Source: Deltaproteobacteria bacterium (GTDB lineage: Bacteria; Desulfobacterota; Desulfuromonadia; Geobacterales; Pseudopelobacteraceae). From it: a DNA stretch of 49,885 nt. The stretch covers positions 1-49,885 of the forward strand of contig JACRCG010000234.1 in NCBI GenBank assembly GCA_016219145.1, written 5' to 3'. Under the pieces are notes generated by a model. The model saw only the letters and a program-made list of their open reading frames with translations. It had not been told where the DNA came from and did no database searches. Below are positions 44,849 to 49,885 of this stretch, in pieces; position 1 is the first letter of the stretch, and the number at the start of each line of letters is the position of its first letter. A program made the position numbers and the translations under genes.

Positions 44849-45119
44849 CAACGACCTGCTGTCCGGATACGAAGGCCGACATGGTCAGGCATGGCGGGTT
44901 GGGGACTCGAGGCGCACCAGTTACTAAGAATCGCCGGAAAATGGACGCTAATATTGACCGCCAGATTCGAACGATTGAAGCACTGAAATACAATATCCAA
45001 TAGAAAGGAGAGGCATAAAATGTTCAGACAAATATTCTGGACAGAAGGGTTGTGATGTCTTGTGGTTCAAAGGAAATTTATTCCAGCTTTTAAATTTACT
45101 GAACGAGGGAGAACACATT

Positions 45120-46358
45120 ATGAAGAAAAGTACTGTATTAGCACTTGGACTTGTTGCTGCGTTATCGTTAACAGCAGTAAAACCGGGTAACGCTGCCTTT
45201 GTCATCGGCGGCGAAAATGGCTGGCAACTCAGCACCGACGGCATAGTGGATGTTTTTGCCACCTACGCCTCTACCACCCCGAAGCCGACTGGCGCACGCT
45301 CTCTGAGTCTTTTAAGCATCGGCGGGAATGAGACCCAGCAGGACCAGCACTTTGGCGTTGGCATCGGCCTGCTGCCGTCGGTGATCGCCTTCAATGTCAA
45401 GGCGCCCACTACCAATGGAGTTGACTCCAGTGTTCGGGTCGGCATTTATCCGAACATCCAGAACAAGGGTAGTAATCGCTTCGATACCTCCCCTAACATC
45501 GACTTCCGCGAGTTTTTCTACACCGCCAAGGGAGCCTACGGCGAACTGCTGGCCGGGCGCGCCCTGAACCTGTATCAGGGCAAAAACATCCTGAATGATA
45601 TGACTCTGCTGACTTCCGGCACGATCCCCGGCACCGCTTTCAAGGGCGGCACGACTCTGGGGCATATCGGCTACGGCTATCTCTACACCAACTTCGGTCC
45701 CCAGATTCGCTACACCACCCCCGATTTTGGCGGCGTCAAGGTGGCTATCGAGATTGCCGAGCCTTACAAGATCAGTGCTGATACCGGCAAAACCAATTCG
45801 CCTCGCTTTGAAACCGAGATATCCTACGCCGGCAAAATTGGCACTGCGGCGGTCCAGGGCTGGCTTTCCGGTCTTTACCAGAGCGCTCCGCGCAGTGAAA
45901 CCGCTGCTGCCCGGCCCGGCAAGGACAATCAGTCCGTCGGCGGCGCAGCTGGCGCCAGCGCCGGATTCGGCGGCCTAAACGTCCTGCTCTCCGGTTACTA
46001 CGGCAAGGGGCTCGGCATGGTCAGCGCTCAGGACGGCGACTTCCTTGAATCTACTTCCACCGACGCGCTCGGAAACGAGAGGAAACATTGGGGATATCTG
46101 GCCCAGGCCACGTATCAATTGACCTCTTCAGTCAAAGTTGGTGCCAACTACGGCCAGACCCGTCAGGAGAAAAATGACAACGAGCCGGCCGGCCCGGTCA
46201 TCATGAAAAATCAGGAGTCGGCTGTTATGATGGTTGCTTACAACCTGAACAAGTTCACCCAGTTCGTGGCTGAGTACATCTATGCCCAGAATACCTGGAT
46301 GGACGGCAAAAAGCAGCATTCCAACCAGATCGCTCTCGGCACCATGTTTTACTGGTAA
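45120..46358 (+). CDS. Outer-membrane beta-barrel porin
   Basis: 412 aa from MKKSTVLALGLVAALSLTAVKPGNA (signal peptide, RBS GAGGGAGA). It has alternating amphipathic strands, is Gly/Tyr-rich, and ends in the aromatic ..GTMFYW*. Confidence 0.8.
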   Translation: MKKSTVLALGLVAALSLTAVKPGNAAFVIGGENGWQLSTDGIVDVFATYASTTPKPTGARSLSLLSIGGNETQQDQHFGVGIGLLPSVIAFNVKAPTTNGVDSSVRVGIYPNIQNKGSNRFDTSPNIDFREFFYTAKGAYGELLAGRALNLYQGKNILNDMTLLTSGTIPGTAFKGGTTLGHIGYGYLYTNFGPQIRYTTPDFGGVKVAIEIAEPYKISADTGKTNSPRFETEISYAGKIGTAAVQGWLSGLYQSAPRSETAAARPGKDNQSVGGAAGASAGFGGLNVLLSGYYGKGLGMVSAQDGDFLESTSTDALGNERKHWGYLAQATYQLTSSVKVGANYGQTRQEKNDNEPAGPVIMKNQESAVMMVAYNLNKFTQFVAEYIYAQNTWMDGKKQHSNQIALGTMFYW

Positions 46359-46397
46359 CCAGCGTTGTCCGGTTAAGTTTTTGCGGTTCGCAGTTTT

Positions 46398-46479
46398 TCC
46401 CCTCTCCCTAGCCCTCTCCCACAAGGGGCGAGGGGCTTTAAAGCTACCCTCCCGTCGATGGGAGGGGTTGGGGGAGGGT
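46398..46479. repeat. G/C-rich palindromic intergenic element
   Basis: CCCTCTCCC..GGGGCGAGGGG and CCCTCCCgtcgatGGGAGGG (46447-46466). Confidence 0.75.
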
Positions 46480-46576
46480 GCAAGGCAGTTGTTTCAATTC
46501 CAAACACCAGACTGCAATTTTCTAACCGGACAACACTGACTGGTAACCAAAACAGACGCTTCTAAAGGAGATTATC

Positions 46577-46849
46577 ATGCCGAAATATGTGATCGAACGT
46601 GAGCTTCCGGGTGCGGGGCAATTGTCGGCTGAAACATTACAGGCCATCTCGCAGAAGTCGTGCGGCGTCCTCCAGGGGCTTGGCCCGCAGATTCAGTGGG
46701 TGCAGAGTTATGTAACCGATGACAAGATCTACTGCATCTACATCGCTCCCAACAGGGAAATGGTGCTGGAGCATGCCCAGCAGGGCGGATTCCCGGCCAA
46801 CAGTGTTGCTGAAGTACGAACAATGATTGACCCTACCACTGCCGAATAA
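46577..46849 (+). CDS. DUF4242-family small protein
   Basis: 90 aa, MPKYVIERELPGAGQLSAETLQAISQKSCGVL..IQWVQSYVTDDKIYCIYIAPN.. The family assignment is from memory of this pattern. A good RBS (AAGGAG) is present. Confidence 0.6.
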   Translation: MPKYVIERELPGAGQLSAETLQAISQKSCGVLQGLGPQIQWVQSYVTDDKIYCIYIAPNREMVLEHAQQGGFPANSVAEVRTMIDPTTAE

Positions 46850-46915
46850 GTATCCCTTTGCTCCCCTCCCGGTTTTCCGGGAGAGGGACTGTAATTTAAT
46901 TTAAGGAGAATGAAA

Positions 46916-47446
46916 ATGACGTTAGCTCTGCTTGTATTAATCAGCATTATGTGGGTTCCGGTAGGTATGTTTTTTCTGGGTTACGGCGAAGCCAAAAGCA
47001 CCGGTTTTGTCAGTGCCGTCGTAGGCGTTCTGGTCGTTATCGGCGCGACTCTCCAGGCAGCCGTATTCACCGATCCTTTTACCGCTGGATTACTGTTCGT
47101 ATTCGGAGTCCTTTATATGCAGACCGGCCACGCCCTTATGACCGGTGTAACTGATCTGCGCACGGTCGGAAACGGCGCGCTGCTGGTTGGAATCGTATGC
47201 GCGGTGTACGCTTTCCTCTATATTACCGGCGGCGGAGTGAAGCCGGACGGCAAGACAATCATCAGCGTTGTTCCCTATCTGGCATTCATGAATCTGACCT
47301 TTGTCGTGATCTGCTTTACTGTGACCGGCGTGACCTATGGCAAGATCAACCCCAAGGTTGCGGCAACCATGTTCATCGTCTTAAGTTTTACCTGTCTGCT
47401 GGCCCCTGCATTCGGGCTGATGGGTTACGGCAAGCTTCCTTTTTAG
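46916..47446 (+). CDS. Six-TM inner-membrane protein, AmiS/UreI-like channel candidate
   Basis: 176 aa from the second ATG, 7 nt after AAGGAG. It has about 6 hydrophobic helices, and its size and Gly/aromatic pattern are reminiscent of AmiS/UreI. The family call is tentative. Confidence 0.4.
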   Translation: MTLALLVLISIMWVPVGMFFLGYGEAKSTGFVSAVVGVLVVIGATLQAAVFTDPFTAGLLFVFGVLYMQTGHALMTGVTDLRTVGNGALLVGIVCAVYAFLYITGGGVKPDGKTIISVVPYLAFMNLTFVVICFTVTGVTYGKINPKVAATMFIVLSFTCLLAPAFGLMGYGKLPF

Positions 47447-47549
47447 CGGGTACTCGAAAGCGCGATTTCAAAATAATCGGCCAGGACCCAATGAAGTCAT
47501 GGCAACCGTAGCGGTAAAGCTACAGTGAATAACGCGATACGAGACTGGA

Positions 47550-47582
47550 ACGGGGGCACTTATACGGTGCTCCCGTTTTTTA
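47550..47582 (+). terminator. Rho-independent terminator after the porin/DUF4242/membrane-protein unit
   Basis: ACGGGGGCAC-ttatacg-GTGCTCCCGT followed by TTTTTT. Confidence 0.75.
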
Positions 47583-47583
47583 T

Positions 47584-47598
47584 TGGCCCGGGTCTTGC
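47584..47598 (+). promoter_or_regulatory. Candidate sigma-54 promoter of the SHOCT-domain gene
   Basis: TGGCCCgggtcTTGCt (GG-N10-GC spacing correct), about 50 nt upstream of the ATG at 47651. Confidence 0.45.
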
Positions 47599-47650
47599 TT
47601 GTGGATATAGTCTGGATGTCAATAAATTTGATCTGTTACGCGGAGGAATT

Positions 47651-48487
47651 ATGAAAACTTTTCACGTCAGAGATGCCGGCCGGCTCAGTTCTGTCTTTGT
47701 GGTACTTGTGGTCTTGCTGGTTTTTTCATCCATCTCCGCTGCCGCTGATGTCCGCATGCTCTGGCAGAGCCGTGACCAGTTCGTGGCGCTGGAGCGTCAG
47801 GATTCTCCTGCGGGCGTCGCCGCAATTTTAAACGACCACCCGGTTGAAATACCCCCGGACCGGCTCACGGCAATGCTTGCCTCCATAACACTGCAATTGC
47901 CGGATAATAAAACCCCTGAACAATTGATCACGACACAGTCGCTTGAGGTGCTGGTGCCGGAGCTGCTGGCCGGATTCAAAAAAGCATCGCCCGGCGAAGA
48001 CGTCACCTTTGCGGTCATAGGTCTGCACAGATCACTGTACGGTTTTGCCAAAAGCCCCAAAGTGACGACGGGGCGGGCATTTTACAAGGGTGGCAGCTTA
48101 AACCTGATCATAGGGTTTGCCCAGAAGGATTTTAACGAGCGTGAGGACCGGCGTCTGTCCCCCTTTATTCCCGGTAGCAGGCAGAAGCCGCTGGAGGGGG
48201 AGTGGCAGTTGCTGCCACAGCCAGGCCAGAATGACTTTAGGCTGACCAGGAAGGATTGGGTGAGTTTTGGCGATAAGTGGCAGCCCGCAGTTGCAAAAAC
48301 TCCAACGGTTGAAAAGATTAGCCCCGCAGTGCAGAACGGCCCGGCTCAGCCTCAGCCCGTCAAGCCCGGCAAAGATCTGCGCAAGCCGGCGGAGCGCCTG
48401 ACTACCCTCAACGAGCTGAAGGAAAAAGGACTGATCAGCGAAGAAGAATTTCGCAGCAAACGCTCAGAAATCCTGAACGGAATTTAG
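47651..48487 (+). CDS. Secreted or membrane-anchored protein with a C-terminal SHOCT domain
   Basis: 278 aa from MKTFHV.. (RBS GGAGG). It has an N-terminal signal/anchor VFVVLVVLLVFSSISAAA and the C-terminal ..LTTLNELKEKGLISEEEFRSKRSEILNGI* SHOCT motif. Confidence 0.7.
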   Translation: MKTFHVRDAGRLSSVFVVLVVLLVFSSISAAADVRMLWQSRDQFVALERQDSPAGVAAILNDHPVEIPPDRLTAMLASITLQLPDNKTPEQLITTQSLEVLVPELLAGFKKASPGEDVTFAVIGLHRSLYGFAKSPKVTTGRAFYKGGSLNLIIGFAQKDFNEREDRRLSPFIPGSRQKPLEGEWQLLPQPGQNDFRLTRKDWVSFGDKWQPAVAKTPTVEKISPAVQNGPAQPQPVKPGKDLRKPAERLTTLNELKEKGLISEEEFRSKRSEILNGI

Positions 48488-48523
48488 ACTAGTACCATGT
48501 AACTCTTAATCGTTCGCACCAAA

Positions 48524-48591
48524 CCCCTCTAAATCTCCCCTTAACAGGGGAGACTTCAAGGCTTCCCCCCTGTCAAGGGGGGACGGAGGGG
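48524..48591. repeat. G/C-rich palindromic intergenic element
   Basis: TCTCCCCttaacaGGGGAGA (48534-48553) and CCCCCCtgtcaaGGGGGG (48565-48582), bracketed by CCCCTC/GAGGGG. Confidence 0.8.
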
Positions 48592-48665
48592 TGGTGGTTT
48601 TAGATGTTCCAACTACTATCAGTAAATAATGCTATGCGTTCTCGCATGCCGTGGGGGAGCCTGAA

Positions 48666-48911
48666 ATGATAATCACAGGGAAAAAAGTCAGAAATACAGG
48701 AAAAAAACGAAAAAAGCCGCGCACTACGAATAAAGGGCGGGCGCCGCTTTCGGTTGTTTCCGTTCGTATTTCAGATGCCGAAAAGAAGCGTATTGACGAA
48801 ATAATGCGGCGTGATAACATCACACGCTATTCAGACGTAATGAAACTTGCTATTCAACTGATCGGGGTTCCCAACGATGACGGATATGAACGTGCAGGCA
48901 TGTTCCGCTGA
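48666..48911 (+). CDS. Small basic ribbon-helix-helix (CopG/MetJ-like) protein
   Basis: 81 aa from the ATG after GGGGAG. The N-terminus is Lys/Arg-rich (GKKVRNTGKKRKKPRTTNKGR). SVVSVRISDAEKKRIDEIMRRDNITRYSDVMKLAIQLI shows the beta-alpha-alpha pattern of RHH proteins. Confidence 0.55.
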   Translation: MIITGKKVRNTGKKRKKPRTTNKGRAPLSVVSVRISDAEKKRIDEIMRRDNITRYSDVMKLAIQLIGVPNDDGYERAGMFR

Positions 48912-49885
48912 GCAGGGTGTTGATGGGCAGGAGACGTTTGCACACCCTTCCAAGCTGTTTGTAGAGACCACAACCCGCTGCAATCTGGGCTGCCTGATGT
49001 GTGTCAAGCAGACCGCCGGCTGCGAGCTGGCCGAAGCCGACATGCTGCCCGAGACCTTTACTGCGCTGGCCCCGGCCCTGCCCCACATCACTGCGCTGGT
49101 TCTGAACGGTATCGGCGAGCCGCTGATCAATCCCCATCTGGAAGAATTCATCCGTACGGCCAAGTCGCTGATGCCGAAAACCGGCTGGATCGGCTTTCAG
49201 TCCAACGGCCTGCTTTTGACCAATCAAAGGGCTGTTGCGCTTGTGGAAGCCGGCCTTGACCGGATCTGCCTGTCGATCGACGCCGCCTCGCCCGGTCTGT
49301 TTCAGGAACTCAGAGAGGGGGGCGACCTGTCCGACATCGAACGTGCCCTGGCGGCGCTGGACAATGCCAGGCGTTCCTGCCGCAGGCCGGACGTTGCCGT
49401 CGGCATCGAATATGTCGTCATGCGCAGAAATCTTGCCGAGCTGCCGGCAGCGCTGCGCTGGGCCGCCGCCCACGGGGCAACCTTCGCGATCGTGACGCAT
49501 ATGCTGCCGTATGAAGAACAGCATGCCGGCGAAGCTGCCTACAGTCTCTGCACTGCCGAGGCGATAGAACTTTTCAGGAGGTATGCGGCAGCGGGGCGTC
49601 AGCAGGGGCTGGATATATCGGATTATTTCACGGCGCGCTGGAAGTATAAACGGAGTGCCGATGAACAGCTCCTGGTGGAACTGGTTGAGGCCATGAAGGC
49701 GGAAGCCGCCCAGGCTGATCTCTTCATCGATCTTAAAAAGCTGCTCATGATGGACATTAATCAGGTGGATCAGGTCGAGGCGGTGTTTGCCCAGGCCCGC
49801 GATGTTGCCGCTGAATGCGGAATTGATCTGCGCCTGCCCGAAGTAACCCTGCTCGAAAAGCGGCGTTGCAGCTTCGTAGAGGAGG
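48886..49885 (+). CDS. Radical SAM protein, probably a SPASM/peptide-maturase type; 3' end beyond the window
   Basis: It is absent from the ORF track because it has no stop in the window. The frame is open for 333 codons. FVETTTRCNLGCLMCVKQ carries CxxxCxxC, with LNGIGEPLINP (GGE-like) and a Cys at ..LLEKRRCSFVEE where a SPASM region would begin. It overlaps the RHH gene by 26 nt. Confidence 0.75.
   Translation, partial: MNVQACSAEQGVDGQETFAHPSKLFVETTTRCNLGCLMCVKQTAGCELAEADMLPETFTALAPALPHITALVLNGIGEPLINPHLEEFIRTAKSLMPKTGWIGFQSNGLLLTNQRAVALVEAGLDRICLSIDAASPGLFQELREGGDLSDIERALAALDNARRSCRRPDVAVGIEYVVMRRNLAELPAALRWAAAHGATFAIVTHMLPYEEQHAGEAAYSLCTAEAIELFRRYAAAGRQQGLDISDYFTARWKYKRSADEQLLVELVEAMKAEAAQADLFIDLKKLLMMDINQVDQVEAVFAQARDVAAECGIDLRLPEVTLLEKRRCSFVEE

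Noticed and set aside
44878-45003. A 41-codon ORF (MVRHGGLGTRGAPVTKNRRKMDANIDRQIRTIEALKYNIQ*) in the porin leader.
   Set aside because: It has only a weak GAAGG upstream and no recognisable features. I kept it as part of the 'long leader' observation rather than calling it a gene.

Overview
The window looks like a chromosomal segment from a Desulfuromonadales/Geobacter-like deltaproteobacterium. That placement is an inference from gene content, sigma-54 usage and the intergenic repeat families; it is not verified. Almost all genes are on the minus strand.

Layout from left to right:
1. An AlbA_2/HATPase_c_4 gene split by a complete IS3-family element (879-2159, 3-bp target duplication GTC).
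2. A housekeeping block: tyrS, ymdB-like phosphoesterase, rny, 5-formyl-THF cyclo-ligase, a candidate 6S RNA, zapA, zapB-like, ftsY, a Roadblock/LC7 gene and smc. Unusual structured repeats sit in its intergenic gaps.
3. A low-GC islet with a RelE/Phd toxin-antitoxin (TA) pair and a NYN/PIN-like gene.
4. A tungsten-type aldehyde:ferredoxin oxidoreductase (AOR) cluster with its own MoaD/ThiS-like and ThiF/MoeB-like genes.
5. A mycofactocin locus, mftA-mftB-mftC-FadH/OYE-etfA-fixC-fixX-etfB-mftF, behind a perfect sigma-54 promoter. No mftD or mftE is present in the window.
6. A Nudix gene, an MFS transporter gene, and an Mrr + VapBC + YefM/YoeB islet.
7. The most interesting part. A MoxR(CoxD-like)-VWA(CoxE-like)-Cys/His small protein operon carries a second, divergent mycofactocin-like precursor ending ...VDGVCGGY, followed by a GldA-like dehydrogenase and a PAS histidine kinase. 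Next to it are two further Fe-type alcohol dehydrogenases, a paralogous kinase and one sigma-54 activator.
8. A divergent sigma-54 promoter driving porin-DUF4242-AmiS/UreI-like genes, a SHOCT protein, and at the right edge an RHH protein overlapping a radical SAM gene that runs off the window.

All functional calls rest on motifs I recognise by eye. No database search was run.
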